Assembly (NCBI GenBank): GCA_017550525.1
Contig: JAFZOU010000011.1
Span: forward strand, 42,719-106,718
Source: Bacteroidales bacterium
GTDB lineage: Bacteria > Bacteroidota > Bacteroidia > Bacteroidales > UBA932
Length of the DNA stretch: 64,000 bases
Direction: 5' to 3'
Numbering within the stretch: the stretch's first letter is position 1; each line of letters opens with the position of its first letter. Both the position numbers and the translations under genes were made by a program. Below, in pieces: positions 26,742 to 34,937 of this stretch. Below the pieces are notes generated by a model. The model saw only the letters and a program-made list of their open reading frames with translations. It had not been told where the DNA came from and made no database searches.

Positions 26742-26750
26742 ATGTGGTTG

Positions 26751-28757
26751 TTACTGTTGAAATACTACTGATGAATTAGCACCTAATGTAAGATCTGAGC
26801 CCGATACGCTCACGCTGCCAAGGGAAACGACTATATCCGTAAGTGAGTCTTCCGGAAGGCTAATGGTTACGCCTGAGTTGGAGAGGTTATGAACCACCAG
26901 GGCTTTCTCGCCTGAGGAAGCAGTCATATACCAAGCCGCGATTGAATTAAACTGGGAATTGTCTTCATTGTAGACGGCGTGCTTACTCATCTTGCCCGTA
27001 GCAATTGCTCCACATTTATTACGGGCGCAAGTCCAGTCATAGTAGGTACGTATTAGGGAGCCCTCCTTTGCAGTCTGAGTTTTCACCGAGTACTCATCGG
27101 AAATGAGTGCCGAGTCATATCTGCCATTTAGGGGCTTCACTGCTGCATCAAAGATATTATCCCATATCATTGGAGCACGGACAAACTCATCCTTACCGCC
27201 GTCGTCATCGTCCTTTCCCCAGTAACCGAGTTCCTCTCCCTGATAGATATAGGGCTGGCCCTCTGCGCTCATGAGGATGGCTGCAGCCTGTTTGAGCTGA
27301 TCCTCATTCCCTTTCAGGATTGTTGCAGCACGGGTTTCGTCGTGATTGGTAAGTTTTGTAGCAGCTATGGCGCCACTGCTCACCTTTGCATATTCATTCC
27401 TGTACTCAATGAGGTCCTTGGCAAGATATCGGCCCGTCCTGTTAGGAAGAGCCCATTTGAGACGCTCCCAGAAGTCGAATTCAAAGCAGGCGGGAAGAGC
27501 CGCATAATATGGTGCCACGCTCTTGTAATCCATCCAAACCTCTGCCACCATATAGATGTCATCATTATGGCCGGCCTGATGGAAATAATCGTTACAGGTG
27601 TCATACCAATCCTTTAGGAATGCCGGATTCTCAGGGCCTGTAGGATTTGAATAAATATGCTTGACGGCATCCAGTCTTAATCCATCTATGCCCATGTCTA
27701 TCCATTTTTTCGCACTTCTGGCCATGGCTTTGAAGGGCGCAGACTGAGAAGCCGTACGCACATCCCCATAATTCAGGTCTGGCATCCAGCTTCCAAAATC
27801 TCCATAGAACTTCATCTGCAGGGGATTTCCGAAGAGAATATCCTGAGCGTCAGTGGAACTCAGGGCAAGCGGCTCACCCCAGACAACCACATTCTTGCCT
27901 TTTGGTGCGCCCCATTTTGTCCCGATGTCCCACGACGTGTCCGAAGTGCGTATCAAAATGCCCCACGGGGTAGAGATATCTGTGGTCAGTTCATATATTC
28001 CCTCTGTCTTTTCGTACATCCTGATTGCGACTCCGGGCTCTCCGGTCCATAGGAACATTTTTACCGATGTGTCCGTATTTGACGGCTGGGCCTTTTCCGT
28101 AGAAGGTTCCACCGTGAGGGTTTTCTCCTCTCCGCTGAAATCCACGGTGAAATGAAGACGGCCCTCATAGCCGATCTCTCCCACAGTCAGATCGTGCCAG
28201 ACTTTACTGTCATAGCTTTTTAGCATAGGGAATTTACCGGCAGCTATATCGGCCTGGGGGTTTGCAGAGATATGATACCAGGAGAAGGTCTCGGCTTCAG
28301 TTGATTTTTTGGCCTCCGTGAACCACTTGTTGCCCTTACCTGTATGGTTAAGGACATAGTCCATATACACCTTTATGCCTTTTGAATGGGCAGCATCTAT
28401 CAAGTTCTTGAAATCCTGTTCAGTACCAAAGGCCGGATCCAGAGACTCATAATCCTGGACATCATAACCGTGATATGAATCTGCGGGATGTGCCGGGGAA
28501 ATCCAGATAGCGCTTACGCCAAGGCCGTCCAGATAATTCAATTTGGATTTAATTCCGTTAAAATCTCCAACGCCGTCACCATTGCTGTCGGCAAATGTAT
28601 AGATAAGCAATTGGTAAGTTATATTTCCCTTTTTCTCTCCCTGGGAATATTGTGGAACCGTAAACTGATCCGGCTGTACCACGTCCGGGGCCGGACCTTT
28701 GGTGCAGGCAACCGTAATGAGCGCAGCCAGTGCGAAAAGAATGTGCAAGCGTTTCAT
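26751..28757 (-). CDS. GH13 alpha-amylase lipoprotein, SusG-like (with an inserted beta-rich, CBM-like segment)
   Basis: Lipobox ITVAC is present, with GH13 regions VYMDYVLNHTG, GIDGLRLDAVKHI, YMVAEVW and LTNHDETR. An insertion of about 120 aa between regions I and II resembles the CBM58 insertion of SusG; that resemblance is an inference. Confidence 0.8.
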   Translation of the reverse strand: MKRLHILFALAALITVACTKGPAPDVVQPDQFTVPQYSQGEKKGNITYQLLIYTFADSNGDGVGDFNGIKSKLNYLDGLGVSAIWISPAHPADSYHGYDVQDYESLDPAFGTEQDFKNLIDAAHSKGIKVYMDYVLNHTGKGNKWFTEAKKSTEAETFSWYHISANPQADIAAGKFPMLKSYDSKVWHDLTVGEIGYEGRLHFTVDFSGEEKTLTVEPSTEKAQPSNTDTSVKMFLWTGEPGVAIRMYEKTEGIYELTTDISTPWGILIRTSDTSWDIGTKWGAPKGKNVVVWGEPLALSSTDAQDILFGNPLQMKFYGDFGSWMPDLNYGDVRTASQSAPFKAMARSAKKWIDMGIDGLRLDAVKHIYSNPTGPENPAFLKDWYDTCNDYFHQAGHNDDIYMVAEVWMDYKSVAPYYAALPACFEFDFWERLKWALPNRTGRYLAKDLIEYRNEYAKVSSGAIAATKLTNHDETRAATILKGNEDQLKQAAAILMSAEGQPYIYQGEELGYWGKDDDDGGKDEFVRAPMIWDNIFDAAVKPLNGRYDSALISDEYSVKTQTAKEGSLIRTYYDWTCARNKCGAIATGKMSKHAVYNEDNSQFNSIAAWYMTASSGEKALVVHNLSNSGVTISLPEDSLTDIVVSLGSVSVSGSDLTLGANSSVVFQQ

Positions 28758-28796
28758 ATCTTGTGCTTTTAATTACAGGTTTAGCATACAATTATA

Positions 28797-28823
28797 ATAA
28801 AAAAGCGTTGGAAATCCAACGCC
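28797..28823 (-). terminator. rho-independent terminator of the lysS-pspC-trmH transcription unit
   Basis: On the minus strand, GCGTTGGA..TCCAACGC (28822-28805) is followed by TTTTTT (28804-28799). Confidence 0.7.
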
Positions 28824-28858
28824 TTCATTCTGTCCTGCCGAGTTTTTTGGATGGGCGG

Positions 28859-29680
28859 TCAAATCTGCCTCTGCCGCACTGCTTCAAAGAGAAGAATTGC
28901 GGCGCTCACAGATACGTTCAGGCTGTCAAGTCGTCCAAGCATGGGAATGCGGATATGGGCCGATGCAGCCTTCCGCCACTGGTCCGTAAGCCCCGTGGAT
29001 TCCGTGCCCATGACAAGGGCGGTTCCACGGCGCATATCCACGTCATAGTACAGGGATGAGTCCTGAAGCTGGGCCGTAAGTATCTGGATGCCACGGCCTT
29101 GAAGGAATGCAATTGCTTCCTCTGAGCTGCAGGCCACGGTAGGTACGGTAAACACCGCCCCTATGGAAGCCCTGATGAGGTTGGGGTTGTATAGGTCAGT
29201 GATGGGGTCGCATATGAGAACGGCATCGGCCCCGGCGGCATCTGCGCTGCGGAGCACCGCACCAAGGTTTCCAGGCTTTTCCACGGACTCCAGCACCATG
29301 ATGAGCGGATTCTCCGGAAGGTTGAGATCACTGAGCGTAAGTTCCCTGTACTCTACTTCTGCAATGATGCCCTCAGTGGATTCACGGTACGCCACCTTGC
29401 GGTAAAGGGATTCCGGGATTTCGATGATAAGAGATTCTTCGCTACGCTCAGAATGACAGAGGGAAAGCTCAGAATGACAGGGGGGAAAGTCTTTGCCGGC
29501 AATCTCAGGACACACGAAAAGCGTCCTCACAGAATACCCTGCTTCCAGGCAGTGCTCAAGTTCACGCCGGCCCTCTACCACAAAAAGGCCCAGCTCCCGC
29601 CGCGCCTTGGATTTCTCCTGCAGCAGAAGGAGATTCCTGATCTTTGGATTGGATGCCGATGTTACGGTTTCCCGTCTCAT
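28859..29680 (-). CDS. SpoU/TrmH-family RNA 2'-O-methyltransferase
   Basis: SPOUT motifs are present: LESVEKPGNLGAVLRSADAAGA, ALVMGTESTGL and IPMLGRLDSLNVSVSAAILLFE. The N-terminal substrate-binding domain is interrupted by the segment CHSELSLCHSERSEES. Confidence 0.85.
   Translation of the reverse strand: MRRETVTSASNPKIRNLLLLQEKSKARRELGLFVVEGRRELEHCLEAGYSVRTLFVCPEIAGKDFPPCHSELSLCHSERSEESLIIEIPESLYRKVAYRESTEGIIAEVEYRELTLSDLNLPENPLIMVLESVEKPGNLGAVLRSADAAGADAVLICDPITDLYNPNLIRASIGAVFTVPTVACSSEEAIAFLQGRGIQILTAQLQDSSLYYDVDMRRGTALVMGTESTGLTDQWRKAASAHIRIPMLGRLDSLNVSVSAAILLFEAVRQRQI
29446..29487 (-). repeat. 21-nt x2 in-frame tandem duplication inside the trmH-like CDS
   Basis: The plus strand reads gctcagaatgacagagggaaa (29446-29466) followed by gctcagaatgacaggggggaa (29467-29487). 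On the coding strand this encodes ..CHSELSL CHSERSE.. Confidence 0.85.
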
Positions 29681-29859
29681 TACTCCTGAGGCGCTACTGC
29701 CCAGATGATAAGGTATGCCCAGAGTCCGAACCCGCCCCAGATAAGGGCGATGAGGAAAATTACGCGGACAACGGTCACATCTACATCAAGGTATTTGGCA
29801 ATACCGGAGCAAACTCCGGCAATCTTACGGTTCTGCCTGTCAAGGACTAACTTTTTCAT
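29680..29859 (-). CDS. PspC-domain small membrane protein (59 aa; below the ORF-track size cutoff)
   Basis: Translation: MKKLVLDRQNRKIAGVCSGIAKYLDVDVTVVRVIFLIALIWGGFGLWAYLIIWAVAPQE. This matches the PspC domain signature (R..+.IaGVCsGlA.Y...d...VR..f....). It starts 3 nt after the lysS stop, and its TAA shares one base with the trmH ATG. Confidence 0.8.
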   Translation of the reverse strand: MKKLVLDRQNRKIAGVCSGIAKYLDVDVTVVRVIFLIALIWGGFGLWAYLIIWAVAPQE

Positions 29860-29862
29860 ATC

Positions 29863-31377
29863 CTAGAATTTTTCTGGTCTCATCATGGGGAAGAACAGGA
29901 CATCCTGGATGCTGTCCTTTCCGGTCATGAACATTGTAAGGCGGTCTATGCCGATGCCGATACCGGAGGTTGGAGGCATACCGTACTCAAGGGCGCGGAC
30001 AAAGTCATAGTCAATGTACATGGCTTCGTCGTCGCCTTTGGACTTGAGGGCTGCCTGCTCCTCAAAGCGGTCAAGCTGGTCAATTGGGTCATTGAGCTCA
30101 GAGTAGGCGTTGGCAAGTTCCTTGCCGTTCACAAAGAGTTCAAAACGCTCCGTGAGCGTGTTGTCATGCCTGCAGCGCTTGGTAAGGGGGCTCATCTCCA
30201 CTGGATAGTCAATGACAAAGGTGGGCTGGATGAGTTTTTCCTCGCAGTACTGGCCGAAGATAGCGTCAATGAGCTTTCCTACGCCCATCTCCGGGCTCAC
30301 CTCAACATTCAGCTTCTTGCAGGTTTCACGTAGCTGGGCTTCGTCCATACCCTTCACATCAACGCCGGCGAATTCCTTGATGGCGTCAAGGATGGGCAGC
30401 CTGCGGAAAGGACCCTCGAAAGAGACCTCGTTGCCGCCGATGACCTTTTTAACGCCGCCGGTAGCCTCGGCCACCCTCTGGAGCATCTTCTCCGTGAATT
30501 CCATCATCCAGAGATAATCCTTGTAGGCGATGTACATCTCAACGCAGGTAAATTCCGGGTTATGGGTCTTGTCCATGCCTTCGTTGCGGAAGTTCTTTGC
30601 AAACTCATACACGCCGGCAAAGCCACCCACGATGAGACGTTTGAGGTACAACTCATTTGCAATACGCATGTACATGTCCACGTCAAGGGCGTTGTGGTGG
30701 GTGATGAAAGGACGGGCAGTTGCGCCGCCGGGAATGGCCTGGAGGATGGGGGTTTCAACCTCAAGGCAGCCCGCCTCGTTGAAGCACTCCCTCATTGTGT
30801 TGATAATGAGCGTGCGCTTCACGAAAGTCTCCTTCACCTGGGGATTAACCACAAGGTCCACGTACCTCTGGCGGTAGCGGAGCTCAGGGTCCTCGAAGCT
30901 GTCATGGACGGTTCCATCGGCATCAGTCTTCACGATGGGAAGCACGCGGAGGGATTTTGACAGCACTGTCAGTTCCTTTGCGTGAACGGAAAGCTGGCCG
31001 GTCTGGGTAAAGAAGGCAAAGCCCTTTATGCCGATAATGTCACCAATGTCAAGAAGTTTCTTGAACACGGTGTTGTACATGGTCTTATCCTCGCCGGGGC
31101 AGATCTCGTCACGCTTTACGTACACCTGGATACGGCCTGCGCTGTCCTGCAGCTCCATGAATGAAGCCGCGCCCATGATGCGGCGGCTCATGATGCGGCC
31201 GGCAATGCAGACATCCTGGAAATTGCCTTCCTCGGGCTTGAAGCCCTCTGCAATCTCCACCGTTGTGGTGTTTATAGGGTACAAGGGAGCCGGATAGGGA
31301 TTTATCCCAAGTTCACGAAGCTTTGCAAGCGATTCTCTTCTTCCGAGCTCCTGCTCATTGAGTTCATAGTATGCCAT
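29863..31377 (-). CDS. lysS: lysine--tRNA ligase (class II)
   Basis: 504 aa with class II aaRS motifs ([26 protein letters not shown]) and an OB-fold N-terminal domain. Confidence 0.95.
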   Translation of the reverse strand: MAYYELNEQELGRRESLAKLRELGINPYPAPLYPINTTTVEIAEGFKPEEGNFQDVCIAGRIMSRRIMGAASFMELQDSAGRIQVYVKRDEICPGEDKTMYNTVFKKLLDIGDIIGIKGFAFFTQTGQLSVHAKELTVLSKSLRVLPIVKTDADGTVHDSFEDPELRYRQRYVDLVVNPQVKETFVKRTLIINTMRECFNEAGCLEVETPILQAIPGGATARPFITHHNALDVDMYMRIANELYLKRLIVGGFAGVYEFAKNFRNEGMDKTHNPEFTCVEMYIAYKDYLWMMEFTEKMLQRVAEATGGVKKVIGGNEVSFEGPFRRLPILDAIKEFAGVDVKGMDEAQLRETCKKLNVEVSPEMGVGKLIDAIFGQYCEEKLIQPTFVIDYPVEMSPLTKRCRHDNTLTERFELFVNGKELANAYSELNDPIDQLDRFEEQAALKSKGDDEAMYIDYDFVRALEYGMPPTSGIGIGIDRLTMFMTGKDSIQDVLFFPMMRPEKF

Positions 31378-31421
31378 ATGTCATAAATTAGTTTGCAAAG
31401 ATAGCAAAAAAGCGCGTAAAA

Positions 31422-33242
31422 TCAGCGGCACGGTTGAACAGGTTCCGTTTTAGAGAGGAGCCATTCGGCAACTTCTGCCGGGAGGCGGGGGCTCAGCACT
31501 TCATACACGTGGCGGTTGTAGGCGTTGAGCCAGGCAATTTCATCGGCCGATAACAGGGAAACATCCAGGCAGGACGTATCAAAGTGGCACAGCGTAAGCG
31601 GTTCAAAACCCAGCCAGGAGCCAAACTCATTGTCTCCCATGCGGCGTACAAGGATCAGGTTCTCATGGCGGACGCCGTGCATACCCTCACGGTAGATTCC
31701 GGGCTCGTCGGAAAGAATCATCCCCGGCAACAGAGCCTGGGAGTTGAAATTCTGGCGGATGTCCTGAGGGCCCTCGTGGACGCCAAGGAAAAAGCCCACA
31801 CCGTGCCCTGTTCCGTGGCCGAAGTTACGACGCGCCCGCCAGAGCGGTTCACGCGCCAGGGCGTCTATCTGGCAGCCGGCGGTACCGGCAGGGAAAACAG
31901 CCATTGCAAGGCCGATATGCCCCTTCAGCACAAGCGTATAATCTTCAATCTCAAGCGGCGTGCATGGCCCCAGGGGCACTGTACGCGTGATATCCGTGGT
32001 CCCAAAGAGGTACTGTCCGCCGGAATCCACAAGGTACAGGCCGCGGGCTTCAAGAAGGGAAGAACCCTCTACCGGGGTGATGTAATGCGGCAGTGCCGCG
32101 CCCTCGCCATAGGCCGATATCGTCTCAAAACTGTCCCCGCGGTAGCCGGGAATCTGAGCCCTCAACCGTCCAAGTTCACATGCCGCCTCCCACTCTGTCA
32201 CATGGCCTGCGTTGCCTGAAATCCAGTAGAGGAACTGCTCCATGGCAAGGCCGTCCTCAATGTGCGCCTCCCTCATCCCCTCTATCTCCGTGGCATTCTT
32301 CACGGCCTTCCAAAGCGGGATGGGAGAGATTGTTTCAACCACCTCGGGGAGGAGGTCTCCGTCATCAATGGCATCCCTTAAGGCATAGTTTATTCCGGAA
32401 GGATCCACACATATCTTATCAACGCCGTCAAGCCGCAGCGATGCAAGGGTAAAATCAACGTCAGAATAGTCCCTAATGGATATTCCATCGGCCTCCAACT
32501 CTTCAAAACTAGCCTGGGTCTCAGGATCAGGATCCTCAAAGGCGTCCTTCCTAACAAACCACTGGACCTCCTCCAGGGACACAAGCACATACGATATCAC
32601 AAAAGGGTTGTAGTCAATGTCCTGCCCGCGCACATTGAGGAGCCAGGCGATCTCATCAAGGGCGGTGAGAAGGATTGCATCGGCCCCCTGAAGGACCAGC
32701 CACTTGCGGAGACGGCCGATCTTTGCCTCCCGGCTCTCCCCCACAAGGTCCTCCCCAAGGGTGATGATGGGCGTTGACGGAATGGCCGGCCTGTCCTGCC
32801 ACAGCGGGCCGATAACATCCGGCACAGGCACAATTATGGCCGATGGAACAGCCTCCTCCAGCTCCCGAACCGCCCCAACGCTCTGGCACAGGGCATCCAC
32901 CGCTATTGCGGGCTCATCCAGACCAAGGGACGCAATCCACTGAGGGATTGGGACCTGCTCCGGAACGCGCATCTTGTGGAGTTCAATGCCGGTTCCTTGA
33001 AGCTGCCGGTTTGCCTGAATAAAGTAGCGGGTATCCGTCCACAGGCCGGCGTGGTCCATTGTTATCACAATGTCCCCGGCTTCCCCGGTAAAACCGGAAA
33101 GCCATGCCACCTGCTGCCAGCGCGGCGCAATGTATTCGCTCCCGTGAGGGTCCGTTCCCGTAAGGATAAGGATATCCCAGCCGTTTGAGCGCATCAGCGC
33201 CCTTGCAGCCTCCACCCTTTCCCTGTAAATATTCCCGTCCAT
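31422..33242 (-). CDS. Xaa-Pro aminopeptidase (M24B, three-domain type)
   Basis: 606 aa with M24 metal-ligand motifs (LVDSGGQY..GTTDITRT, GHGTGHGVGFFLGVHEGP, LSDEPGIY, VRHENL). Confidence 0.85.
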   Translation of the reverse strand: MDGNIYRERVEAARALMRSNGWDILILTGTDPHGSEYIAPRWQQVAWLSGFTGEAGDIVITMDHAGLWTDTRYFIQANRQLQGTGIELHKMRVPEQVPIPQWIASLGLDEPAIAVDALCQSVGAVRELEEAVPSAIIVPVPDVIGPLWQDRPAIPSTPIITLGEDLVGESREAKIGRLRKWLVLQGADAILLTALDEIAWLLNVRGQDIDYNPFVISYVLVSLEEVQWFVRKDAFEDPDPETQASFEELEADGISIRDYSDVDFTLASLRLDGVDKICVDPSGINYALRDAIDDGDLLPEVVETISPIPLWKAVKNATEIEGMREAHIEDGLAMEQFLYWISGNAGHVTEWEAACELGRLRAQIPGYRGDSFETISAYGEGAALPHYITPVEGSSLLEARGLYLVDSGGQYLFGTTDITRTVPLGPCTPLEIEDYTLVLKGHIGLAMAVFPAGTAGCQIDALAREPLWRARRNFGHGTGHGVGFFLGVHEGPQDIRQNFNSQALLPGMILSDEPGIYREGMHGVRHENLILVRRMGDNEFGSWLGFEPLTLCHFDTSCLDVSLLSADEIAWLNAYNRHVYEVLSPRLPAEVAEWLLSKTEPVQPCR

Positions 33243-33340
33243 ATTTGAACCGATTTTTCACAAATATAACGTTTTTATGTTAATGCACAGGCAAGATATA
33301 GCTTTTGGCAAGCTAATACCAATTGGAGAGCACTAATAGT

Positions 33341-33371
33341 TTTGGGGAATAGGAATTAATCATTATCTTTG
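33341..33371 (+). promoter_or_regulatory. Bacteroidota-type promoter (-33 TTTG, -7 TAtcTTTG)
   Basis: TTTG lies at 33341-33344 and TATCTTTG at 33364-33371, 19 nt apart, inside an AT-rich region. Confidence 0.5.
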
Positions 33372-33377
33372 CATTGT

Positions 33378-33458
33378 CATTTAATAGTCTTGCCGCTTCG
33401 GCGGAGTTGAAGCTATCCTCATAAGGCATTTCAGCCCTCACTGAAATGCCTTTATTCT
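33378..33458 (+). ncRNA. candidate small RNA or structured 5' leader (unclassified)
   Basis: It lies downstream of the promoter. It contains a CCGC-TTCG-GCGG tetraloop hairpin (33393-33404). It also has a perfect 12-bp hairpin AAGGCATTTCAG-ccctca-CTGAAATGCCTT (33423-33452) followed by TATTCT. There is no ORF. Confidence 0.35.
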
Positions 33459-33533
33459 AAGATAATTCTTATAGGGGCCAAGGAGTACTGCTACACCTTC
33501 CTGTAATTCTTTTACAAGCTTCAACTACAAATT

Positions 33534-33701
33534 ATGACAAAGAATATTCACATCAAGGTGAGTCTGGACTTAGAGTTTGAGGCTCCCAAACTTGTCAGAG
33601 TGAAAGCACACCGTCGTTTTCAAAATGGCAAGGTTGTGAAGGTTCGTTCGCACTACCGCCGCGTTGAGGGACGCAGGGTAGTTGCCGAGCGGGTCTTCTG
33701 A
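33534..33701 (+). CDS. hypothetical 55-aa highly basic protein (below the ORF-track cutoff)
   Basis: Translation: MTKNIHIKVSLDLEFEAPKLVRVKAHRRFQNGKVVKVRSHYRRVEGRRVVAERVF. An ATG-to-TGA ORF is followed 31 nt later by a strong terminator. It contains the internal repeat V+VKAHRR / VKVRSHYRR. I recognise no family. Confidence 0.4.
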   Translation: MTKNIHIKVSLDLEFEAPKLVRVKAHRRFQNGKVVKVRSHYRRVEGRRVVAERVF

Positions 33702-33732
33702 TAAGAACTTCCTATTCGACCAAAGGCCCCGG

Positions 33733-33758
33733 GGGAGAGTTTTGACTCTCCCTTTTTT
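33733..33758 (+). terminator. rho-independent terminator
   Basis: GGGAGAGT-tttg-ACTCTCCC is followed by TTTTTT (33753-33758). Confidence 0.75.
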
Positions 33759-34021
33759 ACGGCACAGGACACAGTGAAAGCTAAACGGCTGTATATCAAT
33801 CGATTACACGATTCTTTGGTATTACCGGCAATACCAAATACTTTTATAACTAACTATCAGTCAGCATATTAAGCCCCACTGCATCGGCATTACAAAAGAG
33901 GGGGAGGGCATAAAATATGGGGTGGGGACGAAGGAAGATGGTCTGATATTTGTTTTTGGACGGCTTTCATAGAAATTTCCGTTTTTTTATGTAAGTTTGT
34001 ACAAATTAACATTGAACTATT

Positions 34022-34936
34022 ATGGCAAACGAAGATCCCCTTGAGAGAATCGAACGCGAAGAGCGTGAACGTAAAGAGAAGAAAGGTCCCCGCACGGTCA
34101 TGACCATCCTGGCCTGCGTTGCGGCAGCCCTGGCCCTTGTTCTGGGCTATATGCTCTATCAGAGGAGCACACTTGTGAAAGCCCTGGAAGGTGAAAAGAC
34201 AGAGCTTGCACAGCAGATGAAGGACCTCCAGTCAGACTTCTCACAGTTAAGTTCAGACTATGACTCCATCAACAGCCAGCTGGACACCTCCCGTGAGCAG
34301 GTTGCAATGCTCATTGAGAAGCTCAACAAGACGGAAGCCACCAACCGCGCAAAGATCCGTCAGTATGAGAAGGAGCTTGGTACCCTCCGTACCATCATGA
34401 AGGGCTACATCGTCCAGATTGACTCCCTCAACACCCTCAACAAGAAACTCACGGCAGATGCAGCAGCAGCACGCCGTGAAGCAGCAGAGGCCCGCTCCGC
34501 CAATGAGGAACTCACCGCACAGGTGGAAGACCTCTCCAGCAAGGTGAGCGCCGGAAAGGTGCTCAAGGCACGTGCAATCTCCCTCACCGGATACTACAGC
34601 AACAACAAGCCCGGAGACCGCCACAGCCGTGTAGACTATTTGGTTGCAGGCCTCACCCTTGTAGAGAATTCCCTGGCCGACCGCGGCCCGCTCCGCGTCT
34701 ATGTACGCGTCAAGGATCCGGAGGGCATCCTCCTTATGAACAATGAGTCCACAGAGTTCTCCGTGAAGGGTGAAGTCCTTCAGGCCACCGCTTCCCGTGA
34801 GGTGGACTATGAGGGCGCAGAGGTAGACCTCTCCATCTACGTCAATGACATAGAAGAATTTGTAAAGGGCGTCTACACCCTGGAAGTGTACACGGAAAAG
34901 AGCCTTCTTGGCAAGGCCGAATGCATGCTCCGCTAG
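34022..34936 (+). CDS. hypothetical membrane-anchored coiled-coil protein
   Basis: 304 aa. It has a charged N-terminus, one TM helix (VMTILACVAAALALVLGYMLY), a long heptad-like Q/E/L-rich region and a C-terminal beta-rich domain. Confidence 0.6.
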   Translation: MANEDPLERIEREERERKEKKGPRTVMTILACVAAALALVLGYMLYQRSTLVKALEGEKTELAQQMKDLQSDFSQLSSDYDSINSQLDTSREQVAMLIEKLNKTEATNRAKIRQYEKELGTLRTIMKGYIVQIDSLNTLNKKLTADAAAARREAAEARSANEELTAQVEDLSSKVSAGKVLKARAISLTGYYSNNKPGDRHSRVDYLVAGLTLVENSLADRGPLRVYVRVKDPEGILLMNNESTEFSVKGEVLQATASREVDYEGAEVDLSIYVNDIEEFVKGVYTLEVYTEKSLLGKAECMLR

Positions 34937-34937
34937 T

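Noticed and set aside
29644-29850. 68-aa plus-strand ORF in the track
   Set aside because: It is antisense to the 59-aa PspC-domain ORF, which has a clear domain signature and fits the operon spacing.
33481-33486. AAGGAG Shine-Dalgarno-like word upstream of the small ORF
   Set aside because: It lies 48 nt from the ATG, and no start codon follows it at a functional distance. Bacteroidota mRNAs generally do not rely on SD pairing.
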